In this document: in pieces, positions 1-7,987 of the stretch | Layout: each line of letters opens with the position of its first letter | Position numbering within the stretch: position 1 is the stretch's first letter | Program-made: the position numbers and the translations under genes | Notes under the pieces: model-generated | Seen by the model: the letters and a program-made list of their open reading frames with translations, nothing else | What the model was told of the DNA's origin: nothing | The model's database searches: none | From: a virus | DNA length: 64,000 nucleotides | Virus record (IMG/VR): IMGVR_UViG_3300008108_000044 | Location: 15,509 to 79,508 of that record | Reading direction: 5' to 3' (one strand)

Positions 1-600
1 GATACACAAATACTTCCTCTTAACAACACTTTTTTTCATGGACAGCAATATAAAGTTGATCAGATACCAGATGAATATGCTGATGAAAAACGGGTTGCAA
101 GACTGTTATATGAGAATAAATCTGTTGCAGTATACAATGGGTTAGCAGAAGCGGGTCAGAGGGCATTAGGGAACCGTTCTATACTGTTTAATGCATTGAA
201 TCCAGATGCCAGAGAAATTGTGAATCAAATTAAAAAAAGAGAGTGGTATCGCCCATTTGCTGCTATAGTACTTGAGGAGGATGCTCACCTTTATTTTGAC
301 AATGTGATTCCAAATCTACATATGACAGTTTGTTTTCCTGTTAAGACAAATCTTATACCTGGAGTAACTCATGTTGACAATACATGTAGAATACAGACAG
401 TAAGATCTGGTCATCTTTACTCTATTTTAAATGAGTTTAAAAACTTGACAGGGCATGGTATCCTATTAAATACCAGTTTTAATTTGGCAGGAGAACCTTT
501 AGTCGAAACCCCACAGGATGCATTTAGGACTTTAAATTCTTCTTCTCTTGATTATCTTTGGTTTTATGAAACAAAAAAGTTGTTTAAATCTAATTTTTGA
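1..600 (+). CDS. Carbamoyltransferase, NodU/CmcH family, C-terminal part (5' end outside window)
   Basis: Frame is open from base 1. Motifs AEAGQRALGNRSIL, IKKREWYRPFA, GVTHVDNTCRIQTV, LLNTSFNLAGEPLVETP. Confidence 0.9.
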   Translation, partial: DTQILPLNNTFFHGQQYKVDQIPDEYADEKRVARLLYENKSVAVYNGLAEAGQRALGNRSILFNALNPDAREIVNQIKKREWYRPFAAIVLEEDAHLYFDNVIPNLHMTVCFPVKTNLIPGVTHVDNTCRIQTVRSGHLYSILNEFKNLTGHGILLNTSFNLAGEPLVETPQDAFRTLNSSSLDYLWFYETKKLFKSNF

Positions 601-632
601 TATATAATTTACAAATGGGAGCAACCGTTTTC

Positions 633-992
633 ATGGAAGAGGAGATTGTCACACTTCACTACGACGTAGAGAAGGCAGTAGACTTTGCCTTTCAGGGTAA
701 GTTCATCTTGGACTTTTACCAATATCTTAAAACAAACAATGCTAAACGCCGTCATGCTGAAAATTTTATTGGAAGCACTACTGCTGAGAGTATCAATTGT
801 ATGATTTTAGAATTAGATGAATATCTAAAAGGTGGTCAGGACTCCGAACATAAACTTCTTCGTGAAGCGTATGGGCACATTCCTAAACCACAAGCAAGAA
901 AAATAAAAGAATATCTTCATGGTATTCTTGAAGATGCCTGGAGATATAGTCATGACAAACGACCAGGAAGAAGGAAAAAGTCAAATAAATAA
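633..992 (+). CDS. Conserved cyanophage hypothetical protein
   Basis: ORF track 597-992; ATG 633 is the more likely start. Basic C-terminus. Confidence 0.7.
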   Translation: MEEEIVTLHYDVEKAVDFAFQGKFILDFYQYLKTNNAKRRHAENFIGSTTAESINCMILELDEYLKGGQDSEHKLLREAYGHIPKPQARKIKEYLHGILEDAWRYSHDKRPGRRKKSNK

Positions 993-1170
993 AACAGAAT
1001 CCTCTGATATTAATCGTGGATTTGAGTTAATGTTGCGACATCGTAGCAGGAGGGAGAAAACGCCAGAACCTAAAACATTTGGTATAATGTTTGGGAAGGT
1101 AATCTCTCTCTTTAAACGAGAGATACACTTCCGATTTGAAATTTCACTTGATATCATTAAAAAACCATAA
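952..1170 (+). CDS. Hypothetical protein
   Basis: ORF in operon-like context; start uncertain. Confidence 0.55.
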   Translation: MTNDQEEGKSQINKTESSDINRGFELMLRHRSRREKTPEPKTFGIMFGKVISLFKREIHFRFEISLDIIKKP

Positions 1171-1187
1171 CTCTCGGGAGAAGTCCA

Positions 1188-1418
1188 ATGTTAGCAGTAA
1201 CTCTCACATTCTCTGCCCTCTTTTCAATAATGTTTTTGTTTTTGGGTGGAGTAATCGGATGGATCGCAAAGCAACACTTCTATGAAGGAACTGCGATAGC
1301 TTATACGCATCCCGAAATGTTTGACGAAAATGGGAATGTTATTCCCGATGAAATATTAGCTGTACGATTTGAAAACGCAAATGACTACTACGAAGACGAA
1401 GAAGGAGACGAAGAGTGA
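1188..1418 (+). CDS. Small membrane protein, conserved in cyanophages
   Basis: N-terminal TM helix, HPEMFDENGN motif, GGAG RBS. Confidence 0.75.
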   Translation: MLAVTLTFSALFSIMFLFLGGVIGWIAKQHFYEGTAIAYTHPEMFDENGNVIPDEILAVRFENANDYYEDEEGDEE

Positions 1419-1950
1419 AGCAGTTGAAGAACTGCAACCGAATCCTTTTCAATTTGAAATTTTAGATTTAGTTTCAAAACAAAGATCAAGTTCTAAAAAG
1501 GCAGAAGTCCTTCAGAAATATAGAAATGAAGGACTTGTTGCGTTATTGATTTGGAACTTTGATGATACTGCCATCTCTCTTTTGCCAACAGGAGATGTGC
1601 CTTATTCTAGAGTTGAAGAGCAGTCTGCATTTAATGATACCCTATCTGCATCTGTGGAAAAATTAAACAAGGTGCAAGGTCTCTCCAATGCTGATGAGTT
1701 TGTTCGTAACAGAGCAACTTCTATCCGTAAGGAATGGGAGAATTTTTACAACTACCTTCAAGGTGGTAATCCATCTTTAACTAGTCTTCGTAGAGAGACT
1801 ATGTTCATTCAAATGCTTGAAGGTCTTCACCCTAGGGAAGCTGAAATCATGGTTCTTGTAAAGGATAAAAAACTTCAAGAGAGATATAAAATTACTAAAG
1901 ATAATGTGTCTGAAGCATACCCTGATATTCAGTGGGGTGGTCGCTCTTGA
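1381..1950 (+). CDS. Conserved T4-like cyanophage hypothetical protein
   Basis: RRETMFIQMLEGLHPREAE motif typical of a cyanomyovirus core hypothetical. Confidence 0.75.
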   Translation: MTTTKTKKETKSEAVEELQPNPFQFEILDLVSKQRSSSKKAEVLQKYRNEGLVALLIWNFDDTAISLLPTGDVPYSRVEEQSAFNDTLSASVEKLNKVQGLSNADEFVRNRATSIRKEWENFYNYLQGGNPSLTSLRRETMFIQMLEGLHPREAEIMVLVKDKKLQERYKITKDNVSEAYPDIQWGGRS

Positions 1951-2207
1951 ATATTAAAATCCTTCAGCAAAATTGTGACCCAGAAGTAGCAAAAGATAGA
2001 TCTCTTCCATACAATTCCTATCTGGTTCATTACGAAGTTGATGGGGAACTATGTTATGATCTTATTACTTCTAATAAAAAAGTAGATACCTTTGATTACT
2101 ATTGGGACAAGTATAGAGAAGGTCTCAAATGGTTCAAACAATCTGAGGGAAGAACTAATCCTAAACTCTGGGGAGCAAGTCCAAAAGAAAATAAAAACAA
2201 AAAGTGA
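1932..2207 (+). CDS. Hypothetical protein
   Basis: ORF contiguous with neighbours; start uncertain. Confidence 0.65.
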   Translation: MGWSLLNIKILQQNCDPEVAKDRSLPYNSYLVHYEVDGELCYDLITSNKKVDTFDYYWDKYREGLKWFKQSEGRTNPKLWGASPKENKNKK

Positions 2208-2216
2208 GGCAACATT

Positions 2217-2423
2217 ATGTCCAGTGGATTTGGTGCTGAAAAAATTAAAGATGGCAAAGCAGTCGTAACAATTCATACTGATGAGGTTTCTAAACTTTTA
2301 AAGGAATATAAAAAACTTAAAAAGTATATGAAATCTTCTTTGTATAAAGTTAAAGTTATGGATGGCACAGAAGAGACTGTAAAGAATCTTTTGGAAGAAT
2401 ACGGCGATGATGAACTCACTTGA
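2217..2423 (+). CDS. Hypothetical protein
   Basis: GAGG RBS; contiguous ORF. Confidence 0.65.
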   Translation: MSSGFGAEKIKDGKAVVTIHTDEVSKLLKEYKKLKKYMKSSLYKVKVMDGTEETVKNLLEEYGDDELT

Positions 2424-3120
2424 CCTATTAAACTTCGACTGGGAAAAATATAAAAAAGATATAGATATCTGCGTCTCTAAAAAATACTTTTTAGATTATA
2501 ACCCTTCAGTCATTGACGAAGGGTTTGATGCTTTTTATGTATCCAAAAAACATAAAATTTTATATATTCCAATATCTAAAAATGCTTCTACTTCCTTGAA
2601 GGATTCCTTGGACTTTGAACCAGTATATCAAGTACCAAATAGACATCGTGAGTTTGATTTACAAATACCAGAAGAATATAAAAGAGAATATAAAATATTG
2701 GTAATTGTCAGACATCCTAAAGAACGTTGGATATCTGGATTTAATCAATTTCTTAGTGACGTTGGAATATATTTGTCCACTTCAGATGCAAAGGATGTAT
2801 TACTGGAACTGAAGAATAAAAAATTTATATTTGATGGACATACTCTACCTCAGTTAAGATTTATTGATTATTGTTTTCAACCTTCTGATATTAATTTTGA
2901 TATTAATTTAATAAGAATGGATCATAACTTTGAGAGTAAGTTGGTTGATTTTATTGGTGAGGACTTTAAAATAAAAGAAAAAAATTTAATGGAAAAAGAA
3001 CACTTAAAGATACAAAATCATGAGGTGTGCCACAAAATTTTTAATGATTATTGTATGCGACAACAACAGTTTATAAATGCATACAAAGAAGATTATAACC
3101 TTTATAAAAATTCTAAATAG
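2407..3120 (+). CDS. Sulfotransferase family 2 protein
   Basis: 5'-PSB-like loop YIPISKNASTSLK; 3'-PB-like VIVRHPKERWISGF; HTLPQ; terminal YKEDY. Confidence 0.8.
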   Translation: MMNSLDLLNFDWEKYKKDIDICVSKKYFLDYNPSVIDEGFDAFYVSKKHKILYIPISKNASTSLKDSLDFEPVYQVPNRHREFDLQIPEEYKREYKILVIVRHPKERWISGFNQFLSDVGIYLSTSDAKDVLLELKNKKFIFDGHTLPQLRFIDYCFQPSDINFDINLIRMDHNFESKLVDFIGEDFKIKEKNLMEKEHLKIQNHEVCHKIFNDYCMRQQQFINAYKEDYNLYKNSK

Positions 3121-3140
3121 AAAATACTTATTTTTTAACG

Positions 3141-3467
3141 ATGGGAAAGCATTACTTATTGAATTTGTATGGATGTTCTTTTGTATTATTAGACGATCAA
3201 GAATATCTAATTAAGTTATTAGAATCCGCTGCTTCTTTAAGTGGAGCAACAGTAGTTAATACAATATTCAAAAAGTTTGATCCACAAGGAGTAACGGTTT
3301 TAACTTTACTTTCAGAGAGTCATATTAGTATTCATACTTGGCCTGAGAAGGGAGAAGCTGCAGTAGATTTATTTACTTGTGGAGATTGCAATCCTAAGTT
3401 GGGTTGTGATATGATTATACAACAATTATATGCATCAAATCATACACTTAGTTACATTGAAAGATGA
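3141..3467 (+). CDS. speD: Pyruvoyl-dependent S-adenosylmethionine decarboxylase proenzyme (class 1B)
   Basis: GKH start; LLSE|SHISIHTWPE autoprocessing motif; DLFTCG. Confidence 0.9.
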   Translation: MGKHYLLNLYGCSFVLLDDQEYLIKLLESAASLSGATVVNTIFKKFDPQGVTVLTLLSESHISIHTWPEKGEAAVDLFTCGDCNPKLGCDMIIQQLYASNHTLSYIER

Positions 3468-3595
3468 TCCACAGATTTTTTGATATTATTGATCCAGTTT
3501 TAGTTGGATCAATAATGGGGACTCTTTTATTATTCCCCTTTGCTTTTTTTATTTACGACTCAGCAAAAAATCCAGACAAATATAATCATAAGTAG
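3464..3595 (+). CDS. Small membrane protein (43 aa)
   Basis: ATGA overlap with speD; hydrophobic core VLVGSIMGTLLLFPFAFFIY. Confidence 0.55.
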   Translation: MIHRFFDIIDPVLVGSIMGTLLLFPFAFFIYDSAKNPDKYNHK

Positions 3596-3624
3596 TTGAC
3601 AAATACTGACTTTTATTTTAAAAT
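3596..3624 (+). promoter_or_regulatory. Sigma70-type promoter
   Basis: TTGACA-N17-TAAAAT. Confidence 0.65.
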
Positions 3625-3641
3625 ACAAAACATATAATGTT

Positions 3642-3845
3642 ATGGTTATGGATTACAAACCTTATTCTCCTGAGTGGCATCGCAAACGCTATCTAAAAGA
3701 AGCGTTGGACAAGTATTTGGATGAATACATTGATAATAAAACAATCCTTGGAGATATCACTGATATTCTATCTGAACGTTCTGAACGAGCTTATGAAGAA
3801 TTCAGTAGGATTAATGATTTGGAAGCAATGATTAATACTAAATAA
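3642..3845 (+). CDS. Hypothetical protein
   Basis: YKPYSPEWHRKRYLKE-type cyanophage small ORF. Confidence 0.7.
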   Translation: MVMDYKPYSPEWHRKRYLKEALDKYLDEYIDNKTILGDITDILSERSERAYEEFSRINDLEAMINTK

Positions 3846-3864
3846 CCCTATACGGAGATTGCAT

Positions 3865-4191
3865 ATGCTCTCTACACAATATCGCCTACGCTTGGAAGGT
3901 ATCTGCAGCAAGATTGCCAGGCATGAAGAGGTGAGTTTGGAGGATATGATTTGGGCAGAGAAACTTGCTAATGCAAATAGATCTGCCGCTACTATGCTTC
4001 GTCAAGCAAGAAGGACTGCAGAAAATCCTGACATGCAAGAAGGAGATATGGATGATTTTTTAAACCAACTTGATATTGGTGGCACTGGTCATGAACGTTT
4101 TGGTAAACGTGGATTTGATAGTGTTGATGATATGGTTGATTGGTGGACTGAGGGAAGAGACAAACCAGAAGACTGGAGGCAACGGGACTGA
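3865..4191 (+). CDS. Conserved cyanophage hypothetical protein
   Basis: MLSTQYRLRLE...DWRQRD; GGAG RBS. Confidence 0.75.
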   Translation: MLSTQYRLRLEGICSKIARHEEVSLEDMIWAEKLANANRSAATMLRQARRTAENPDMQEGDMDDFLNQLDIGGTGHERFGKRGFDSVDDMVDWWTEGRDKPEDWRQRD

Positions 4192-4664
4192 TGAGTGAAG
4201 TAACATTTAAAAAACATAGAGTATTCCGAGAGACAGAAGCAGTTGTCTTTTACGATATCTCTGTGGATGGATCTAATGCACAAGACCTTGTATGTCACAC
4301 TGGTGCCGCAATCTCACCACCAGATGATATTGTAGGGGCAAAACAATTTTATATTCACTATCACCAGATAGATCACAATCGTGTGCTGTCTGGACTTCGC
4401 ACATTTGAGTTGGTGAATCCTGAATGGAGATACCCATATCACATCGTTCATCTTAATCGTTCTTCTGGTGCTCTAGTGATTCCTAAGATGACCTTTCATC
4501 GTTCATATTCTGGTGCCGATGGTTCTATTGTCATCAACCAGGCAATTCGTGATGAAGAGTTTGATCCTGAGACAGAGTTTGTCCCCGTATCAGCAGCAAA
4601 AAATACTGAACTGTATCATATTCTTGCTCATGAGAAGCCAGTAATCCATACTTTGGGTGAGTGA
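4191..4664 (+). CDS. Cupin/RmlC-like protein, host-like
   Basis: His pattern FYIHYHQIDHNRV...TFHRS typical of a double-stranded beta-helix fold. Confidence 0.55.
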   Translation: MSEVTFKKHRVFRETEAVVFYDISVDGSNAQDLVCHTGAAISPPDDIVGAKQFYIHYHQIDHNRVLSGLRTFELVNPEWRYPYHIVHLNRSSGALVIPKMTFHRSYSGADGSIVINQAIRDEEFDPETEFVPVSAAKNTELYHILAHEKPVIHTLGE

Positions 4665-4677
4665 AGAAAAGTAAAAC

Positions 4678-4693
4678 TGTATCAGGAAATACA
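4678..4693. promoter_or_regulatory. NtcA binding site
   Basis: Exact extended consensus TGTA-N8-TACA (tGTAtcaggaaaTACa), intergenic, just upstream of a -35 box. Confidence 0.75.
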
Positions 4694-4701
4694 CACAAAG
4701 C

Positions 4702-4730
4702 TTGCTATATAAAGTAACTAGGGGTATAAT
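4702..4730 (+). promoter_or_regulatory. Sigma70-type promoter
   Basis: TTGCTA-N17-TATAAT; predicted start about 4737, just before aptamer 1. Confidence 0.75.
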
Positions 4731-4740
4731 AATCCCCTAA

Positions 4741-4994
4741 CGTTCATCCTATGACTAAGGCACTTTTGCTCTTGGCATGGGTTCCACTTCTTTCTATTTC
4801 TACGCCTCAACTTGCTAAATCTAATCAGGTGACAATAAGTTGCGACGCAGCGTGGGAACTAATGGACATCGTTAAAAACGACGATGTAGTAGACCAAAGA
4901 AGAGAAGACCGATTGCTATCAGAACTCCGAAAGGATGTTGTGAAACTTAAGTGCTAAACAATTAAATAGGACGGAAGTAAGCCGACTCGGAACG
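4741..4994 (+). ncRNA. Glutamine riboswitch-like aptamer 1 (glnA/Downstream-peptide family) with an ORF inserted in the P2 loop
   Basis: P1 CGUUC(4741-45)/GAACG(4990-94); P2 UCCUAU(4747-52)/AUAGGA(4966-71); core CGGAAGUAAGCCGACUCGGAACG. Confidence 0.7.
4751..4957 (+). CDS. Small two-Cys protein with probable signal peptide, nested in aptamer 1
   Basis: Hydrophobic N-terminus; SCDAA...LKC; ATG lies in the P2 5' strand. Confidence 0.7.
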   Translation: MTKALLLLAWVPLLSISTPQLAKSNQVTISCDAAWELMDIVKNDDVVDQRREDRLLSELRKDVVKLKC

Positions 4995-4997
4995 GAT

Positions 4998-5166
4998 CGT
5001 TCATCTATGGAGACACTCATTCTTACATGTTTACAAGCACAATTAATTGCTGGGAGAGTTCATCAACAGAACATTCCCAAACAAGCAAAGAATGATTTAA
5101 TTTGGGAGATCAAACAGATCTCTCCAAAAGAGTGTAAAATAGACGCAAAAGCCGACTGAAGGAACG
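4998..5166 (+). ncRNA. Glutamine riboswitch-like aptamer 2 (Downstream-peptide type) with an ORF inserted in the P2 loop
   Basis: P1 CGUUC(4998-5002)/GAACG(5162-66); P2 UCUAU(5004-08)/AUAGA(5139-43); core CGCAAAAGCCGACUGAAGGAACG; lies directly upstream of a YRG peptide gene. Confidence 0.75.
5007..5159 (+). CDS. 50-aa two-Cys protein nested in aptamer 2 (paralog of 4751-4957)
   Basis: METLILTCLQAQLIAGRVHQQNIPKQAKNDLIWEIKQISPKECKIDAKAD*; stop codon lies in the aptamer core. Confidence 0.65.
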   Translation: METLILTCLQAQLIAGRVHQQNIPKQAKNDLIWEIKQISPKECKIDAKAD

Positions 5167-5199
5167 CTCTTTAACCTCAAAAACTAAGGAGAAAACCTA

Positions 5200-5361
5200 A
5201 TGTCACAAGTCACTTATAGAGGGTGTAAGTACAACACCGAAGATGCAAAAAGAGAGTATGTCTCTTGGTATAACCAAACTCATGCTCCTGCTCATCCACA
5301 TAATACATATCGTGGAGTAGCATATCGTCCTTGTAATAATAACAAGGAGGTATCACAATGA
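5200..5361 (+). CDS. DUF4278-family (YRG motif) peptide, 53 aa
   Basis: Two YRG motifs (VTYRGCKY, TYRGVAY); AAGGAG RBS. Confidence 0.8.
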   Translation: MSQVTYRGCKYNTEDAKREYVSWYNQTHAPAHPHNTYRGVAYRPCNNNKEVSQ

Positions 5362-5459
5362 ATACTTACTTCGTTCGCTATCTCAAACTCAAAGCAAAGA
5401 AGGAAAAACTCCTTCACAATGCACAACTGAATATGGCAAAGCAACCACAAGTTGCTTAA
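5358..5459 (+). CDS. Small basic peptide (33 aa)
   Basis: AGGAGG RBS, ATGA overlap; MNTYFVRYLKLKAKKEKLLHNAQLNMAKQPQVA. Confidence 0.65.
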   Translation: MNTYFVRYLKLKAKKEKLLHNAQLNMAKQPQVA

Positions 5460-5462
5460 TGT

Positions 5463-5491
5463 AAAGGAGGGGTTGATCCCCTCCTTTTTTT
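5463..5491 (+). terminator. Intrinsic terminator overlapping the next promoter
   Basis: AAAGGAGGGG-ttgat-CCCCTCCTTT plus T tract; TTGATC-N17-TATAAT at 5473-5501. Confidence 0.85.
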
Positions 5492-5523
5492 ATAGTATAA
5501 TTTAAAAGAGTTCTTCATCTAAA

Positions 5524-5688
5524 ATGGAAAGGGATAAATTAAAAGCATTGGTCCGTGATCTTAAAAGAATTGTTGAAGAAATAGAATCAGAGGTATTTTC
5601 AGATACTGATAGTTATATTTCTGAATATAATTATGGTATTACTGATTATGATGAAGTATTTGAGGATGATGATGGATACTGCGATTAA
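5524..5688 (+). CDS. Conserved acidic cyanophage protein (54 aa)
   Basis: MERDKLKALVRDLK...DYDEVFEDDDGYCD; not in the ORF track. Confidence 0.7.
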   Translation: MERDKLKALVRDLKRIVEEIESEVFSDTDSYISEYNYGITDYDEVFEDDDGYCD

Positions 5689-6241
5689 TATTTACCATAG
5701 GTATTTGAATCTCCCATTCACTATTGGACCACTGGACATATTTAAGCATTGTGATAATCAGATAAAACATTTTTACATTAATGATTATCCATTTTATCCA
5801 ATGGAAGAATTATTCAGTGATTTGGGATTAATACTGCATCTTAAGGAAGTTTTTTATACACCACCATTCTCTAAAATTCCGATTCATACTGATCATGGGC
5901 ACTATACAAACCATGCCAAAATCAATATGACTTGGGGACCAGATGAAGGTGTGATACAATGGTGGAAGAGTGATAAAGTTAAAAGGATGCAATTGAACGG
6001 GCATCAAGATAACACGAGCGAATATCACGATAATCTGTGGGCAGAAGAAGAAGATTGTGAACTTCTTTATGAAGCAAATACCAATCGTCCAAGTCTAGTT
6101 AATGTTGGTATTCTTCACGGCACAAACAATCCCACACCGCATGGTAGATGGACGTTATGCTTTGTCCCAGTCAACCAAGCAGGTCAATTTATTCACTGGG
6201 ATTCCGCATTGGAAATTTTTAAAAATTATTTGGAGAGTTAA
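5672..6241 (+). CDS. Cupin / 2OG-Fe(II) oxygenase-like protein
   Basis: IPIHTD...ILHG...RWTL (HxD...H...R). Confidence 0.6.
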   Translation: MDTAINIYHRYLNLPFTIGPLDIFKHCDNQIKHFYINDYPFYPMEELFSDLGLILHLKEVFYTPPFSKIPIHTDHGHYTNHAKINMTWGPDEGVIQWWKSDKVKRMQLNGHQDNTSEYHDNLWAEEEDCELLYEANTNRPSLVNVGILHGTNNPTPHGRWTLCFVPVNQAGQFIHWDSALEIFKNYLES

Positions 6242-6958
6242 ATGTCTAATATTGTTAAACTGATTGCTGTTACTCAAGGTGCAGGAGAACTTTCTGGAAA
6301 GTCTGCACAGGAAGTAATTACATACAATGCTCGTGTAAGCAATCCAAGTAATCAACTTAAATTTGATACTGCTGCTGGACTTCTTCGGTATTGTATTAAG
6401 GAAAACCATTGGTCTATCTTTGAGCAAGCAGATATGACACTTGAAATTAATACCACTAGAGGTATCGCAGCCCAAGTGCTTCGTCATAGGTCGTTTACAT
6501 TTCAAGAATTTTCACAACGTTACGCAGATACAAAATTACTTACTGATCTTCCTGAGGTTCCTGAACTTCGCAGGCAAGATGAAAAGAATCGTCAGAACTC
6601 AACCAATGATCTGGATGAGCATGTGCGTGAAAAGTTTGAGGGAATGATTGAGCAGCACTTTGAAGAGGCGCAACGTCTCTATGATAAGATGCTTGATCAT
6701 GGAGTTGCAAAGGAATGTGCAAGGTTTGTGCTCCCACTCGCAACACCAACAAGAATTTACATGAAGGGCTCTGTAAGGTCATGGATCCATTATATTGACC
6801 TTCGTTCTGCTCATGGCACCCAGAAGGAGCACATGAACATTGCAGAAGCAGCACGTTGCGTCTTTATCTGTCAGTTCCCTGATATTGCTAAGGCACTTGG
6901 TTGGGAACCAGAAAATTGTCCAGAGTGTAATGATGCTCCTTCTATTATCATTGAATAA
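6242..6958 (+). CDS. thyX: FAD-dependent thymidylate synthase
   Basis: HWSIFE; RHRSFTFQEFSQRY; ARFVLP. Confidence 0.95.
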   Translation: MSNIVKLIAVTQGAGELSGKSAQEVITYNARVSNPSNQLKFDTAAGLLRYCIKENHWSIFEQADMTLEINTTRGIAAQVLRHRSFTFQEFSQRYADTKLLTDLPEVPELRRQDEKNRQNSTNDLDEHVREKFEGMIEQHFEEAQRLYDKMLDHGVAKECARFVLPLATPTRIYMKGSVRSWIHYIDLRSAHGTQKEHMNIAEAARCVFICQFPDIAKALGWEPENCPECNDAPSIIIE

Positions 6959-6982
6959 ATAAATTATCCTTCGGTATTAAAT

Positions 6983-7225
6983 ATGGCAATTTATCCCATT
7001 ATTCATAAAGAAACAGGTGAGAAGAAGGTTATTGAGATGAGCGTTCATGATATCCAACAATGGTATGTGGATAATCCTGAATGGCAGAGAGATTGGTCCG
7101 AAGGGTGTGCTTCCGCCGCTGAAGTAGGTGAGTGGAAGGACAAACTTATCAAATCTAAACCAGGATGGAATGAAGTTCTGGAAAGAGCATCAAAAGCACC
7201 AAAATCCAACGTTAAGAAGATTTAA
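6983..7225 (+). CDS. Conserved T4-like small protein upstream of phoH
   Basis: YPIIHKETGE...GWNEVL; AATAAATA late-promoter-like site upstream. Confidence 0.7.
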   Translation: MAIYPIIHKETGEKKVIEMSVHDIQQWYVDNPEWQRDWSEGCASAAEVGEWKDKLIKSKPGWNEVLERASKAPKSNVKKI

Positions 7226-7228
7226 CTT

Positions 7229-7987
7229 ATGCCAAGTAGAAAAAGAAGAACCGATTTGCAACCAATTGGTGTTGGCATGACTGCCAAACAAATGAAGAGA
7301 AGAAAACCTGTAAACATAGACTTTTTACTTGATATCGAACCTCTAAATGATAATCAAGCTAGATTATTTGAATCCTTTGATCAAGATAAAAACATCGTTG
7401 CTTATGGTGCGGCAGGAACAGGTAAAACTTTTATCACTCTTTATAATGCTTTAAAGGATGTTTTATCTGAGAATACACCTTATGAAAAGATTTACATTGT
7501 AAGGTCTTTAGTTGCTACTAGAGAAATCGGATTCCTTCCTGGCACACACGAAGATAAAGCAGATATCTATCAGATTCCATACAAGAACATGGTTAAATAC
7601 ATGTTCCAAATGGCAACAGATGCTGACTTTGAAATGCTGTATGGAAATTTAAAGACACAAGGCACAGTTAGTTTTTGGTCAACTTCTTTCTTGAGAGGAA
7701 CAACTCTTGATAAATCTATTATCATTGTTGATGAATTCCAAAACTTGAATTTTCATGAACTTGATAGTATAATCACAAGATCGGGTGAGAATACCAAGAT
7801 TTGTTTCTGTGGTGATGCAACTCAATCAGACTTGCAAAAAACTAATGAAAGAAATGGTATCATCGATTTTATGAAAATTCTTAGAGTTATGCCTTCGTTT
7901 GATATTATTGAGTTTGGTCTTGATGATATTGTTCGTTCGGGTCTCTGTAAAGAATACTTAATTGCAAAACATGAATTAGGATTTTGA
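7229..7987 (+). CDS. phoH: PhoH family ATPase
   Basis: GAAGTGKT, IGFLPG, RGTTL, DEFQN, GDATQSD. Confidence 0.95.
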   Translation: MPSRKRRTDLQPIGVGMTAKQMKRRKPVNIDFLLDIEPLNDNQARLFESFDQDKNIVAYGAAGTGKTFITLYNALKDVLSENTPYEKIYIVRSLVATREIGFLPGTHEDKADIYQIPYKNMVKYMFQMATDADFEMLYGNLKTQGTVSFWSTSFLRGTTLDKSIIIVDEFQNLNFHELDSIITRSGENTKICFCGDATQSDLQKTNERNGIIDFMKILRVMPSFDIIEFGLDDIVRSGLCKEYLIAKHELGF

